Shown piece by piece: positions 8,204-18,132 of a stretch of 64,000 nt of DNA. The stretch comes from an uncultured Halobacteriales archaeon (GTDB taxonomy: Archaea; Thermoplasmatota; E2; JACPAO01; JAHFTW01). The number at the start of each line of letters is the position of its first letter. The stretch's first letter is position 1. The notes under the pieces are model-generated. The model was given only the letters and a program-made list of their open reading frames with translations, searched no databases and was not told the DNA's origin. A program made the translations under genes and the position numbers. The stretch is from NCBI GenBank assembly GCA_964643795.1, contig CAZXUC010000002.1, positions 24,941-88,940 on the forward strand. Direction: 5' to 3'.

Positions 8204-9346
8204 TCACGCTACGGTGGCGACGACTTGATGCGGCATCCCCGCGGCATCTTCGAGGACTTCCTCGGTCCGCCCCGTGAGCACGTCCCAGTCGTGGTGCGCG
8301 ACGACGATCTCGCGTCCGCGCTGCCCCATCTTGTTGGCCAACTCGGGATTGTCAAGCAGCTTGGCGATGGCGACCTCAAGTGCCCGCGCGTCGCCCGGCT
8401 CGACAAGGAGTCCATTCTCGCGGTGCCGCACGAAGCCTGGGATTCCTCCGACGCGTGACGCCACGACCGGCCGGCCGCACGCGTTCGCTTCGGCGAGGAC
8501 CATGCCGAACGACTCCGCGTCCGTCGTGCTCGGGAGGACCGTAATGGCGCCTTGGTATTCTTTGACGAGGCGGACTTCGGCGAGCCTGCCTAGGATTCTC
8601 ACGCCGCCAACCTTCTGGCCTTTGGCGTGGAATTCCGCGACGCGGTCGCCGCGTCCGACGAGAGTGAGCCGGACATTGGGATGGGTGCGCCGCAGCCGCA
8701 CGTAGGCCTCCCAGAGGACATCGAGGCCCTTCCAGGCATACGACGTGTCAAGCGGAGCGACGAACAGGAGGTCCTGCGTCGGCACGGGGTTTCGCGTCGG
8801 GATGAAGAACGTGTGGTCGACGCCCGGGGGAATGACTTCGACGCGTTCCTTGTGGTGGCGCAGGGCGTGGTTGGCCACGTACGGACTTACGGCGATGAGG
8901 CGGGCGGCTCCGGCGAGCATTCCGCGCTCCATCGTGACGCGGTCAATGGCAGCTAGTCCGTCGAGGAAACGGGAACTCCCGCGCAGGCGTCCGGCGTGGT
9001 ACGTGACGACGAAGGGAATGCCCGCCTTGCGTGCCGCGCGATACGCCATTTCAGCCACAAAGGGGACTGGAGTGTGCGCGATGACGACGTCGGGACGTTC
9101 CGCGCGGATGGAGTCGGCCACACGGCTTGCAAAGGCGGGGTGCACGGGGGCGTTGCCAAGGCGCGTCATGGGCGCCATGCGGTCGACGAGGATGCCGTCC
9201 TGCGTCGTCTGCGAGGATTCGGACCCGAACGCCATCGCTCGGACATCGTGCCCGCGTTCCTTGAGGCGCGCGAGGATTGCGTGGGCGTAGCGTTCGAGGC
9301 CGCCACCGTCCGGGCTATAGTATGGCGCCGCGGCTAGGATGCGCAA
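8204..9346 (-). CDS. Glycosyltransferase family 4 (GT-B fold)
   Basis: MRILAAAPYYSPDGGGLERYAHAIL... has an N-terminal Rossmann half. The C-terminal motif ESFGMVLAEANACGRPVVASRVGGIPGFV...GLLVEPGD is typical of GT4. The start is TTG and overlaps the upstream gene by 32 nt. Confidence 0.85.
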   Translation of the reverse strand: MRILAAAPYYSPDGGGLERYAHAILARLKERGHDVRAMAFGSESSQTTQDGILVDRMAPMTRLGNAPVHPAFASRVADSIRAERPDVVIAHTPVPFVAEMAYRAARKAGIPFVVTYHAGRLRGSSRFLDGLAAIDRVTMERGMLAGAARLIAVSPYVANHALRHHKERVEVIPPGVDHTFFIPTRNPVPTQDLLFVAPLDTSYAWKGLDVLWEAYVRLRRTHPNVRLTLVGRGDRVAEFHAKGQKVGGVRILGRLAEVRLVKEYQGAITVLPSTTDAESFGMVLAEANACGRPVVASRVGGIPGFVRHRENGLLVEPGDARALEVAIAKLLDNPELANKMGQRGREIVVAHHDWDVLTGRTEEVLEDAAGMPHQVVATVA

Positions 9347-10634
9347 GAGGCGTCACCCCCGGAGTCGCGAGGGTTCGTCCCTGTAGTGTTCCGTAAATGG
9401 AGAGAAGTCGGTCGGCCACGGCGTCCCACGAGTATTGGTCATGAATCGCCTTGGACAAGGATAAGCCGCGAGGGACAGCGCCCGGTTCCAGGGCTGCGCG
9501 CAGGGTCCGCGCGAGGTCGTCGGCGTCGCCGGGAGTGGCAACGAGTCCGCCGAGCCGTGCGACGTCCGCGACGCCGGGCAAAGCGGATGCGACGACCGGC
9601 GTCCCGCATGCCATGGACTCGATGAGTGAGATGCCGAAGGCTTCCTGCCGGTTCACGGAGGGAAGGACGGTGAGCTTGGCGCGGCGATACAGCCGCGGCA
9701 GTTCGTCGTCGGCGACGCGGCCGAGGAACGCCGCTGCGACGCCGAGCCGCTTGGCCTGACTGGTCAGGCGCTCGCGTTCCGGCCCTTCTCCAGCGACGAT
9801 GAGCGGGATCCCGAGTTTGGCCTTCGACAAGGCGGTGAGGAGCACGTCGAGCCCCTTGTACGGCACGAGGCGACCGACGAAGAGGAGGTAGTCGCCGGAG
9901 CCTGACGCAGTCATTGCCGGGGCTGGAGCCACCCGTTCGACCGCGGCTGCGCCGATGAGCGCCGTGCCGAGTTGGGCTGCGCTGGCTGAAATGTCGGGCA
10001 CTTGCGAGGCGGGCGGCCCGGCGGTTTGCGGCGTCTGAGTGGCTTGCAGCGTCTGGATTAAGTCATCATTCGCGTGGAAATGCGATGGGTCGATGCCGTT
10101 CGGGACGACGCGCAGGCGGTCGCGCAGGATGCGTGCTAGACTGGGGGAACTGGCGGCATAGGATTCCGAGCGGACGAGGACGACGTCGGCGAGGCGGTAA
10201 ATGGGCGGCCCCATCAAGCGATACGCGGCGGCTCCCCAACGGCCCAGCGTCCCTGGTGGGTTGGGTTCGAAGTGGAAGTCTAGCACCGCGGGGATGCCTA
10301 GATCGACGGCCCGCCGCAGCACGTTCGGCGTCGTGAACGGGTACGTGGCGGCGACGTGCACGATGTCGGAGTCAGGTGGGATGCGGCGGTCGAGCCGGCA
10401 CACGGGCGCCCGGAAGATGGTGAGGCGTCGGTGTTCGCGCACGACGCGGACGCCGGCTTCGACTCGGCGCCCGGTAGGTCCTGTGGTGGAGCAGAGAAGG
10501 GTCACTTCGTGGCCGCGCTGCGCGAAGCGGCGTGATACTTCGGCGAAGACGCGTTCGACGCCTCCGACTTCGGCTTTGCCCGCGCTGACCGCGGCGGGTT
10601 GCGGGTCATACGGACAGACGAGCGTGATGCGCAT
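9315..10634 (-). CDS. Glycosyltransferase family 4 with low-complexity inter-domain linker
   Basis: ATG 10634 (MRITLVCPYDPQP...VGGVERVFAEVSRRFAQRGHEV). C-terminal motif EAFGISLIESMACGTPVVASALPGV. A Q/T/A/P-rich ~55-aa linker separates the two Rossmann halves. Confidence 0.8.
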   Translation of the reverse strand: MRITLVCPYDPQPAAVSAGKAEVGGVERVFAEVSRRFAQRGHEVTLLCSTTGPTGRRVEAGVRVVREHRRLTIFRAPVCRLDRRIPPDSDIVHVAATYPFTTPNVLRRAVDLGIPAVLDFHFEPNPPGTLGRWGAAAYRLMGPPIYRLADVVLVRSESYAASSPSLARILRDRLRVVPNGIDPSHFHANDDLIQTLQATQTPQTAGPPASQVPDISASAAQLGTALIGAAAVERVAPAPAMTASGSGDYLLFVGRLVPYKGLDVLLTALSKAKLGIPLIVAGEGPERERLTSQAKRLGVAAAFLGRVADDELPRLYRRAKLTVLPSVNRQEAFGISLIESMACGTPVVASALPGVADVARLGGLVATPGDADDLARTLRAALEPGAVPRGLSLSKAIHDQYSWDAVADRLLSIYGTLQGRTLATPGVTPLAHPSRGAIL

Positions 10635-10905
10635 GGGATCTCCTCGGAACGGTTCGCATCGCATGTTCATCCCCACGTGGCGAGGAATTCACTGGCCAAA
10701 GACATCCCGAACAGGGATGGGCGGGTAGGTCTTGGTAGGAGGGGGCGGCGCGACAGGTCAGGCCGCGCCACCGCCAACGACAACGGAGCGAGCGCGCAGC
10801 CAGGGACGACAGTGGCGACGGTGGCCAGCGCGGCGCCGCGCTCAGGGTCAAAGATGCCACGATGCCAGCCGTAACGACCAAGACCCACCCCCCACATTGC
10901 AGCTC

Positions 10906-11103
10906 ATGCGAACCGCCTTCATCATCGCTTGGACCCTCATTGCCTTCGCGTTGCTCATCGCGATTGGTTCCGTCGCGGGCCTACTCTACAAGGAAGCCAC
11001 GCCCGTCACGGATTCGGGTCTCGTCGCGACCGTCGCCATCCTGCTCATCTTCGGCCTCTTGGCCTTGCGCATGTCGCGCAACGCCCCGCGACCCGCGTAT
11101 TGA
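10906..11103 (+). CDS. Small 2-TM membrane protein (65 aa), hypothetical
   Basis: MRTAFIIAWTLIAFALLIAIGSVAGLLYKE...VATVAILLIFGLLALRMSRN has two clear hydrophobic helices. The longer ORF N-terminus is Arg/Gly-rich and implausible. Confidence 0.35.
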   Translation: MRTAFIIAWTLIAFALLIAIGSVAGLLYKEATPVTDSGLVATVAILLIFGLLALRMSRNAPRPAY

Positions 11104-11139
11104 AGCGGGGCTCGGTCAGCGGCCCGGCAAGCGGCTCAG

Positions 11140-11898
11140 TCAAACAATGCCGCTCACGACTGCGATGTAGGCGGCGGCAAGCACGAGTGCAAGCGTGAAG
11201 ATGCGTTTGAGTCCCCGCTCCGGGAGCGAATGCGCGGCCCAGGCGCCGATTGGGATGCCGACGAGGCCTCCCACGGCCATGGGCACACCAAGCCACAGGT
11301 CTGCCGCGCCGTGGGCAAACTTCGACGCGGTGGCGACGGCGGCGTTCGTGAAGACCGGGACTAGGCTTGAGGCGACGGCGACGTGGATGGCCGTGCCGAA
11401 GAGCGCGAGCACGGGGACGCTGATGAGTCCGCCACCAATGCCGAACAACTTCGCCGCGACCCCGCACGCAAGGCCCAGGGCAACGAGGAACGCCGGATGC
11501 TGCGTGTGGAAGCGCGCGTGCACCGGACCTTTCAGCGTGCGATGTGCTGCAAGCACTAGGAGACCGGCGAAGCATAGTTTCAGCACGGGGACTTCGAGTC
11601 GTGACTCCAACCATTCCCCGACGAAAATCCCGACTCCCCCGCCGACTGCCATGTAGCCGCCAAGCCGCCAATCGACAGTTCCGCGCCGGGCGTGTTGATA
11701 GACAGCCGTCGGCGTCATCAGCGCAATCGCTAGCAGGGACAGCGCGGTCGCGACGTGCCATTCGACGTGGAAGCCGTAGTGCAGGATGGGCACCATGACG
11801 ATGCCGCCGCCGATGCCGAAGAGGGCGGAGAGGAATCCCGCCAGCGCGCCCACCAGCAAGAGGGCGGCGGCGAGCTCCCAGTCCACGCAGCTCCTCAA
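11140..11898 (-). CDS. TauE/SafE (TSUP, DUF81) family anion permease
   Basis: A duplicated 4-TM pattern with the hallmark GFLSALFGIGGGIVMVPIL and, in the second half, AAKLFGIGGGLISVPVLALF. Confidence 0.8.
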   Translation of the reverse strand: MRSCVDWELAAALLLVGALAGFLSALFGIGGGIVMVPILHYGFHVEWHVATALSLLAIALMTPTAVYQHARRGTVDWRLGGYMAVGGGVGIFVGEWLESRLEVPVLKLCFAGLLVLAAHRTLKGPVHARFHTQHPAFLVALGLACGVAAKLFGIGGGLISVPVLALFGTAIHVAVASSLVPVFTNAAVATASKFAHGAADLWLGVPMAVGGLVGIPIGAWAAHSLPERGLKRIFTLALVLAAAYIAVVSGIV

Positions 11899-11963
11899 CG
11901 CTCGGGGCTATTTGGGTTTGGAGGCCTGTGGCGCCCGCAAACCTCCGGTTCCGCAACGCGGCA

Positions 11964-12106
11964 GTGTGGGAGGCTTGGGAGTTCACAGAACCACACAGAT
12001 GACTTTTCCCTCGTGGAGTACGAGGCACGCGAAGACCAAGTTCTGTGAAAATCAGTATAATCCCAGGCCTCCCACACTTCTGTCGGCCATCCCACGCCTC
12101 CCACAC
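11964..12106. repeat. MITE/REP-like inverted-repeat element, locus 1 (GGAGGCYTGGGA...CACAGAA family)
   Basis: gtgtgggaggcttgggagttcacagaacc (11964-11992) faces ttctgtgaaaatcagtataatcccaggcctcccacac (12041-12077). There is an extra half-site atcccacgcctcccacac at 12089-12106. Confidence 0.65.
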
Positions 12107-12124
12107 CTCTTTGGTCTTTCTACG

Positions 12125-14698
12125 TCAAGCGCCGCGGCGGGGCGCCGGGGGTGGCGGATACAACAACGGCACAACTAGGAACGTCACTAACAAGAGGATC
12201 GTCACTGAACTCACGGTGGCAAGCATCGTCTTGCGGACCAGGAGGTCGGTTTGGAACACGAAGACCGTGAAGGCGAGGATGTCGGTGGCGATGGCGACGG
12301 TGATGGCCTTGCCGGCGAAGCGGTAGACGCGGCGGTGGTCGTCGACGTGTTCGAGGTTCCACACGAGGTGCAGCGCGTTGTCGGATCCGATGGCGGAGAT
12401 GAAGACGAGGGGGAGCATGAGTCCAATCGACAGGCCGACTCCCAGCAAGGGGAGAGTCCCAAGCCACCACAGACTCGTGAGCCCCATGACGGCTGCGATG
12501 GCGACGGTAGCTCTCCAACTCCGCGTCGTCACGGCCACGAGGCCGGTCACGAGGCCGAACGACAGTATGCCGACGCGGTTGACCCACGGCAACTGTTCCT
12601 TGATGAAGAGGTAGCTGACCGCGTTGTTGCCAAACTGGTGCACTTGGATGTCGGAGATGCCCTCCTCCGCTATCGTGTAGGCGATGACGCGGTCCGTCGC
12701 ATCCCAAATCCGCACCGCCTCATCGTAGGACAGTTCCTGGCGCGTGTCGAAGGGCACCATCGCCATGTCGTATGCGACGGGGTTGAGGAGGATCGTCATG
12801 AAGTTCGCGAAGGGGCTTGCGAAGATCTCGTCGAACGTGGCCTTGATTTCCGCTTGCGTCTTCGGGTACTGCGCGTCCTGCGCCTGCTCGTTCGGGATGT
12901 TGCCGAGGATGAATTGCGTGATGACCGCGTCCGGCGTCCCTCCATTGATGGCCGTCCACGCGCGCACCACGCGCGTCAGGCTCGCCGTGTTGAACCCCTG
13001 GATGGTCTCGTCGTTCTCCAGGTTTGCCGTAAGCCTGTCGAGGAAGCGATGAGCTGCGGGTCGCGTCAAGTCGCCCTCCACGATGAGGTAGTTCGTCCCC
13101 GTGTCGCTTGACCCCCCGAAGAAGAGGTCGTTCACCATGTCGGCATCGTCACGCACGCGGTCGCCGGGAGGATAGTTGAGTTCCGGGTTGCCGAAGGCCT
13201 CGATGCGGAGTTGGCCAAGACCGACGAAGGCGAAGCCGCTTGCGACGAGGATGATGGTCAGCGTCGCCACGCGATGCCTGCCCAGCCAAACGCACATGGC
13301 CAGGATGGGGGGCGAGCCTTGCTCGGGCTTGTGGCGCAGGTTCTGCCGCGTCGTCACGCTCAGGAGCGCCGGAATCATCGTGAGCGAGAAAAGGAAACAC
13401 ACGGTCAACGCGATGCTGCCAACAATCGCGAGTTGTGCCATGAGGATGCTCGGCGACAAGAGCATGAGCAGCAAGCCGGCGACCGTCGTCAACGTCGCAA
13501 GCAGCATCGCCATCCCCGCCAGCGATCCGGCCTTGCCGAACGCCTCGGTATCGCCGTGGCCTTGCGCCTTGTGGTCAAGGTATTCCGAGACCATGAGGAT
13601 CCCGTAGTCTATGCCGACGCCGAGGATCATTGGGATAATGGTGAGGTTCAGGCCCGTGAACGGAATCCCGAGGAAACCCATCATGCCGGCGGTCCAAACG
13701 AACGCCACGACCAGATTGACCGCCGAGACGAGGATGACGCGTACATCGCGAAATGACAGGTACATGATGAGGACGAGCGCCGCCGCGACGATTGGGCCTA
13801 GGCGCGACAAGTCATCCTGCGTGACGTCGGTGGCATGCGCATCGAGGGCGGACACGCCGCGCACGGCGAGCCCCGAATCGGAGAAGACGTTCCAACGCAA
13901 CGTGCAAGTGGTGCTCGCGTCGGAGTCGTCGCAAGCGCGGACTGCGACGGCGTAGTCATCCACCATCCGATACACGGCGCGGCCAAGCTCGACGCGGTCA
14001 AGCCCTGATTCCGTCGTGTTAAAGAATATCAGGGTGCGGCCGGCTTGCCACGTCGGCGCCACGACATCCTTCACTGAGTCGTCGGCGGCGTTTGCCCCCC
14101 GCCACGCCGCCTCGTACTGCAGTTCACCTGCGGGGTCGGTGCCTGGCATGGAGAACGCCGCGGGCTGGGGCGAGCCCACGCGCTCAGGTTGCCCGGCAAT
14201 GATCGGGTCGAGGATGCCCGGCCGCGGGTCGCCGCTGAAGTAACCCGAGTTCGTGTAGTTGACCGTCTTCACGATGGCGGCGAGGTCGATGGCGTACTCG
14301 GCTGCGGGAATCTCCGCCTGGATGAACTGCGACAACTCTTCCATGCCGCGGACGTAGACTTCATCCGTGACGTTCCCGCATGTGGCTGGGCTGGAGCGGA
14401 ACGGCAGTTGCGCATCGGACACCGCCCGGCACTTTGCTTCGTCGATCTTGTAGAAGACCGTGACGAAGTCGTAGAATCCTCGGAACTCTTGGCTTGCGTT
14501 CTGGGCGGCTACCGTGTGCGGGTTGCCTTGCGGCATGATGTCGAGGAGGTCCGCCTCGGTGGAGAGTTGCGTGAGCCCGGCGCCCATGACGATGGTCAGC
14601 ACGGCGATTCCCACGATTGTGGACCGAGGCTTCGCCGCACACAGGAGGGACAATCTCCCCAGCAGCCGGCCCAAGGCGGGTTCCGGGCGGTGGGTCAT
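12125..14698 (-). CDS. RND-superfamily / MMPL-domain exporter
   Basis: 857 aa. Two 6-TM bundles (GIDYGILMVSEYL..., SAIGSDNALHLVW...) are each preceded by a large external loop, which is the typical MMPL/HpnN-like architecture. ATG at 14698. Confidence 0.85.
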   Translation of the reverse strand: MTHRPEPALGRLLGRLSLLCAAKPRSTIVGIAVLTIVMGAGLTQLSTEADLLDIMPQGNPHTVAAQNASQEFRGFYDFVTVFYKIDEAKCRAVSDAQLPFRSSPATCGNVTDEVYVRGMEELSQFIQAEIPAAEYAIDLAAIVKTVNYTNSGYFSGDPRPGILDPIIAGQPERVGSPQPAAFSMPGTDPAGELQYEAAWRGANAADDSVKDVVAPTWQAGRTLIFFNTTESGLDRVELGRAVYRMVDDYAVAVRACDDSDASTTCTLRWNVFSDSGLAVRGVSALDAHATDVTQDDLSRLGPIVAAALVLIMYLSFRDVRVILVSAVNLVVAFVWTAGMMGFLGIPFTGLNLTIIPMILGVGIDYGILMVSEYLDHKAQGHGDTEAFGKAGSLAGMAMLLATLTTVAGLLLMLLSPSILMAQLAIVGSIALTVCFLFSLTMIPALLSVTTRQNLRHKPEQGSPPILAMCVWLGRHRVATLTIILVASGFAFVGLGQLRIEAFGNPELNYPPGDRVRDDADMVNDLFFGGSSDTGTNYLIVEGDLTRPAAHRFLDRLTANLENDETIQGFNTASLTRVVRAWTAINGGTPDAVITQFILGNIPNEQAQDAQYPKTQAEIKATFDEIFASPFANFMTILLNPVAYDMAMVPFDTRQELSYDEAVRIWDATDRVIAYTIAEEGISDIQVHQFGNNAVSYLFIKEQLPWVNRVGILSFGLVTGLVAVTTRSWRATVAIAAVMGLTSLWWLGTLPLLGVGLSIGLMLPLVFISAIGSDNALHLVWNLEHVDDHRRVYRFAGKAITVAIATDILAFTVFVFQTDLLVRKTMLATVSSVTILLLVTFLVVPLLYPPPPAPRRGA

Positions 14699-14711
14699 CG
14701 GGGCACCTTGA

Positions 14712-15266
14712 CTAGGTCAACGAGGGCTCGGCCGCCGACGCAGGCGGCGCCTCTTTTTCCTGCTGCAACCGTTCGGCGCGTTCCCGGTAGCGTTCGAGAG
14801 CCTTACGCGATTCGTTGAGCGCCGTCTCTACCAGCATCTCTTCCGTCTCGATGGATTGGTCGCGGACCTTGCGCACGGCGACGCGGATGGCTAGTTCGCG
14901 GGCGTTTCCGGGGTAACCCTTCTCGATGAGGCGGATGACCGACTTCATGCGGAGCGGCAGCATGATTAACGTCAGGACGCCGATGACGGGGACGAGTAGA
15001 ACGACCGTCGAGACCGCGTACGCGTAGGGGAAGTATTCAGGCCACCAGATGCCGACGACGGCCGACGCCAGCACCGCAATGATGCCGATGACGAGGAGGA
15101 CTGCGAGGATGCGCAAGGTGCGCACAAGGCTCCGCAACTTTCCGGCCACGCGGGCCAGGCGGCCGTCGACGGAGTCCCATACCCTCCTGACGAATGCGAA
15201 GATTCCCGTAGGCACGGCGCAACCACCCGCGGGATTGGTCAAGAAGGTTCCGCTCGGGCTCCTCAA
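14712..15266 (-). CDS. Membrane protein with C-terminal coiled/charged cytoplasmic domain, hypothetical
   Basis: Three hydrophobic helices followed by IRLIEKGYPGNARELAIRVAVRKVRDQSIETEEMLVE...RYRERAERLQQEKE. The TTG start overlaps the RNase H stop (TTGA), and the start is uncertain. The stop is 13 nt before the MMPL gene. Confidence 0.5.
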   Translation of the reverse strand: MRSPSGTFLTNPAGGCAVPTGIFAFVRRVWDSVDGRLARVAGKLRSLVRTLRILAVLLVIGIIAVLASAVVGIWWPEYFPYAYAVSTVVLLVPVIGVLTLIMLPLRMKSVIRLIEKGYPGNARELAIRVAVRKVRDQSIETEEMLVETALNESRKALERYRERAERLQQEKEAPPASAAEPSLT

Positions 15267-15652
15267 GCGATGGCTGCCCGCGCCGCCGCATCGGCCTCCG
15301 CGTTCTCAGCCCGCGGCACCCACTTCGTCCGTGACGGGCGCAGCATCGACATGAGTCGGCGGGCCTCCTGGTGCAGAGCAAGCAGGTTTGGCGCGCGCAC
15401 CTTGTACTGGCCGTCGAGTTGGCGTAGGATAAGTTGCGAGTCGCCGCACAGCGTGACGCTCGTCGCGCCGAGAGCCAACGCATTGCGCAGGCCGAGGATT
15501 GCGCCGTGGTATTCCGCTTCATTGTTCGTGCCCTTGCCGAATGCTCGGGACAAGACGTGCCTCTTGCCGTCAATCTCCACGATTGCGCCCGCCCCCATCG
15601 GACCTGGATTCCCGGAGCATGCCCCGTCGAAGTGGATGATGGCCTGGCTCAC
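15263..15652 (-). CDS. rnhA: Ribonuclease HI (type 1 RNase H)
   Basis: DEDD catalytic pattern: IIHFDGACSGNPGPMGAG (D), TNNEAEYHGAILGL (E), LCGDSQLILRQL (D), ENAEADAAARAA (D). I chose GTG 15652 because the 15778 ATG would overlap uvrB and add an Arg-rich tail. Confidence 0.8.
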   Translation of the reverse strand: MSQAIIHFDGACSGNPGPMGAGAIVEIDGKRHVLSRAFGKGTNNEAEYHGAILGLRNALALGATSVTLCGDSQLILRQLDGQYKVRAPNLLALHQEARRLMSMLRPSRTKWVPRAENAEADAAARAAIA

Positions 15653-15719
15653 GCGCCTCGCCGCCTGGCATGCGTGCCGTGCGTCGGACTGCAATCTTGC
15701 CCGCGCGTCACGGCGAATG

Positions 15720-17837
15720 TCACAGCAACGGCTCCCGCGCCTTCCCCTTTCCCTTCCCCTGTCCTGTCCCCTTGCCACGCCGGGGGCCGACTCGTTCCTC
15801 GACTTTCCCTTGCGCTTCGAGCACGCGGGGGGCCGCTTCGTCCTTCGGCGCGCCCTTGGATTTGAGTTCGAGAATCTCGTCGCGCAGCAAGGCGGCTCGT
15901 TCGAAGTCCCACGCCTTCGCGGCGGCCTGCATTTCGCTTTCCAGGTCGCGGATGAGTTTGTCGAACGCCGACTTGTCCAGGCCTGCGAGCCGCTCCGGGC
16001 TCACGAGCACGAGTTTCTCGCCGAGGCGACGGCCGTCAATCTCGATGCCCTTCATGGAGCGGATGGTCGTGGTCGGGGTGATGCCATGTTCCTTGTTGTA
16101 TGCAATCTGCTTGGCACGTCTTGCATTCGTTTCGCCAAGCGCCTTCGTCATGGCGTCGCTCATCCGGTCGGCGTACATGATGACGCGACCATTCGAGTTG
16201 CGGGCGGCGCGGCCAATCGTCTGAATGAGACTGGTGGCACTGCGCAGGAAGCCAATCTTATCCGCATCGAAGATGGCAACGAGGGAGACCTCTGGAAGGT
16301 CCAAGCCCTCACGGAGGAGGTTGATGCCGACGAGGGCGTCGAACTCGCCTTTTCGCAGTTTCTCCAGGATGATGATGCGTTCCAGCGTGTCGATGTCGCT
16401 GTGCAGGTACGTGCACTTCAAGCCAAGGCCCTGGTAGTACTTCGTGAGCTCCTCCGCCATCTTCTTCGTGAGCGTCGTCACGAGGACGCGTTCACCGCGC
16501 TTGATGCACTTCTGGATTTCCCCGTACAGGTCATCGACTTGGCCGGAGATGGGGCGGACGACGACTTCGGGGTCGATGAGCCCGGTCGGGCGCACGACGG
16601 CTTGCACGCGCAATTCCTCGTGCTCGTCTTCGTATGGCCCCGGCGTCGCGCTGGTGAAGACGGCTTGCTTGACTTTGCTCTCGAATTCGTGGAACTTGAG
16701 CGGCCTGTTGTCGAGGGCAGAGGGGAGGCGGAAGCCGTACTCGATCAGCGTCTCCTTACGCACGCGGTCGCCGTGGTACATGCCGCGAATCTGCGGGACC
16801 GTGACGTGCGACTCGTCGAGGATGACGAGGAAATCCTTAGGGAAGTAATCGATCAGGCAGGCGCCCGGGTCGCCACGGGTCCGCCCGGAGAGCGGCTGGG
16901 AATAGTTCTCGATGCCGTTGCAGTAGCCGATCTCGCGCAGCATCTCCACGTCGAACCTGGTCCGCTGCTCGAGGCGGGCGGCTTCGAGGACCTTGCCCTT
17001 GCCGCGCAACTCGGCGAGACGATCGGCGAGCTGCGTCTGGATACGTTTGATGGCGGCTTCGAGTTGGTCTGGCGCCATGACGAAGTGCTTCGCGGGAAAT
17101 ATCGTGATGACGTTGTAGTCCGTGAGCGCCTCGCCCGTTACGCGATGGACGCGGCGCACTGATTGGATTTCGTCGCCCCACAACTCGATGCGGACCGGGT
17201 TCTCGTCACCGGGCGGCAGGACGTCAATCGTGTCCCCACGCACCCGGAACGTCCCAGGTTTGAGTTCGGCGTCGTTGCGTTCATAGTAGATGTCGACGAG
17301 CCGGCCGGTCAGGGTGCGGCGGTCCATCTGTTCGCCGGGTTGAATGAGGAGGTTGGCGCTGCGGTACTCTTCAGGAGAACCCAAGCCGTAGATGCACGAG
17401 ACGGAGGCGACTACGACGACGTCCTCACGCGTCATGAGGCTCTGCGTGGCACTGTGGCGGAGCTTCTCGATTTCCTTGTTGACGTCCGACTCCTTCGCGA
17501 TGTAGGTGTCCGACTGGGGGACGTACGCCTCCGGTTGGTAGTAGTCGTAGTAGGAGACGAAGTACTCGACCGCGTTCTTTGGGAAGAAGGCCCGCATCTC
17601 CTCGAAGAGTTGAGCAGCCAGCGTCTTGTTGTGCGAAACGATGAGGGTCGGCCGCTGCAGGCGCTGGATGGCTTGCGCCATGATGTACGTCTTGCCGACG
17701 CCCGTCACGCCCTGCAGCGTCACGTACCGTTTCCCGGAACGCACAGCCTCAACGATCTTGTCGATGGCGGGGCCCTGGTCGCCGGCGGGGGCGAAGGGTG
17801 CTTCCAGCGCGAAGGGCACGAACACCCGCGAGGTCAC
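15720..17837 (-). CDS. uvrB: Excinuclease ABC subunit B
   Basis: PAGDQGPAIDKIVEAV...LQGVTGVGKTY (Walker A), the beta-hairpin region YVSYYDYYQPEAYVP, DESHVTVPQ (DExH-like), helicase motifs V/VI (LVGINLLREGLDLPEVSLVAIFDADKIGFLRS...QTIGRAARN) and the C-terminal UVR domain (LESEMQAAAKAWDFERAALLRDEILELK). Confidence 0.96.
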   Translation of the reverse strand: MTSRVFVPFALEAPFAPAGDQGPAIDKIVEAVRSGKRYVTLQGVTGVGKTYIMAQAIQRLQRPTLIVSHNKTLAAQLFEEMRAFFPKNAVEYFVSYYDYYQPEAYVPQSDTYIAKESDVNKEIEKLRHSATQSLMTREDVVVVASVSCIYGLGSPEEYRSANLLIQPGEQMDRRTLTGRLVDIYYERNDAELKPGTFRVRGDTIDVLPPGDENPVRIELWGDEIQSVRRVHRVTGEALTDYNVITIFPAKHFVMAPDQLEAAIKRIQTQLADRLAELRGKGKVLEAARLEQRTRFDVEMLREIGYCNGIENYSQPLSGRTRGDPGACLIDYFPKDFLVILDESHVTVPQIRGMYHGDRVRKETLIEYGFRLPSALDNRPLKFHEFESKVKQAVFTSATPGPYEDEHEELRVQAVVRPTGLIDPEVVVRPISGQVDDLYGEIQKCIKRGERVLVTTLTKKMAEELTKYYQGLGLKCTYLHSDIDTLERIIILEKLRKGEFDALVGINLLREGLDLPEVSLVAIFDADKIGFLRSATSLIQTIGRAARNSNGRVIMYADRMSDAMTKALGETNARRAKQIAYNKEHGITPTTTIRSMKGIEIDGRRLGEKLVLVSPERLAGLDKSAFDKLIRDLESEMQAAAKAWDFERAALLRDEILELKSKGAPKDEAAPRVLEAQGKVEERVGPRRGKGTGQGKGKGKAREPLL

Positions 17838-17979
17838 AAAGTCTGAAAAGCCAAGGGGTGGGGGAAGCGAAGGTAACGCCCGCCGACGTTCCCGAGGATT
17901 GCGGGGATTGCGGGGAACTCCTGTCTGGCAACCACCCCGAAATCCCAGTCTCCTGCGCTCTCGCTGCGCTCCAAGAATT

Positions 17980-18132
17980 GGAGGCCTGGGATTGCACGGA
18001 TTATCACAGAACCGATTCCTCGTCCCGGCATGGCATGCCTAATCTGTGAACCTCTGTGAAATCCCAAGCCTCCCACACCCTGCCGCGGCCGGGAACCGGA
18101 GGCCTGGGATTGCACAGATTGAATGGATTCTG
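17980..18132. repeat. MITE/REP-like inverted-repeat element, locus 2 (three units)
   Basis: ggaggcctgggattgcacggattatcacagaacc (17980-18013), the inverted unit tctgtgaacctctgtgaaatcccaagcctcccacac (18043-18078), and ggaggcctgggattgcacagattgaatggattctg (18098-18132). Degenerate half-sites lie near 17937-17955 and 18171-18203. Confidence 0.65.

Noticed and set aside
11045-12106. 353-aa minus-strand ORF overlapping the TauE/SafE gene
   Set aside because: It is in the wrong frame and Arg/Pro/His-rich. The 11140..11898 frame gives a canonical TSUP permease.
15653-15778. ATG 15778 as the RNase HI start
   Set aside because: It would overlap the uvrB 3' end by 59 nt and add 42 Arg-rich residues absent from RNase HI folds. 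GTG 15652 sits just before the first catalytic Asp strand. This remains possible but is less likely.
15270-17162. 630-aa plus-strand ORF opposite uvrB/rnhA
   Set aside because: The antisense strand encodes an unmistakable UvrB. The plus ORF is low-complexity (Arg/Ala/Leu/Gly) without a start context.
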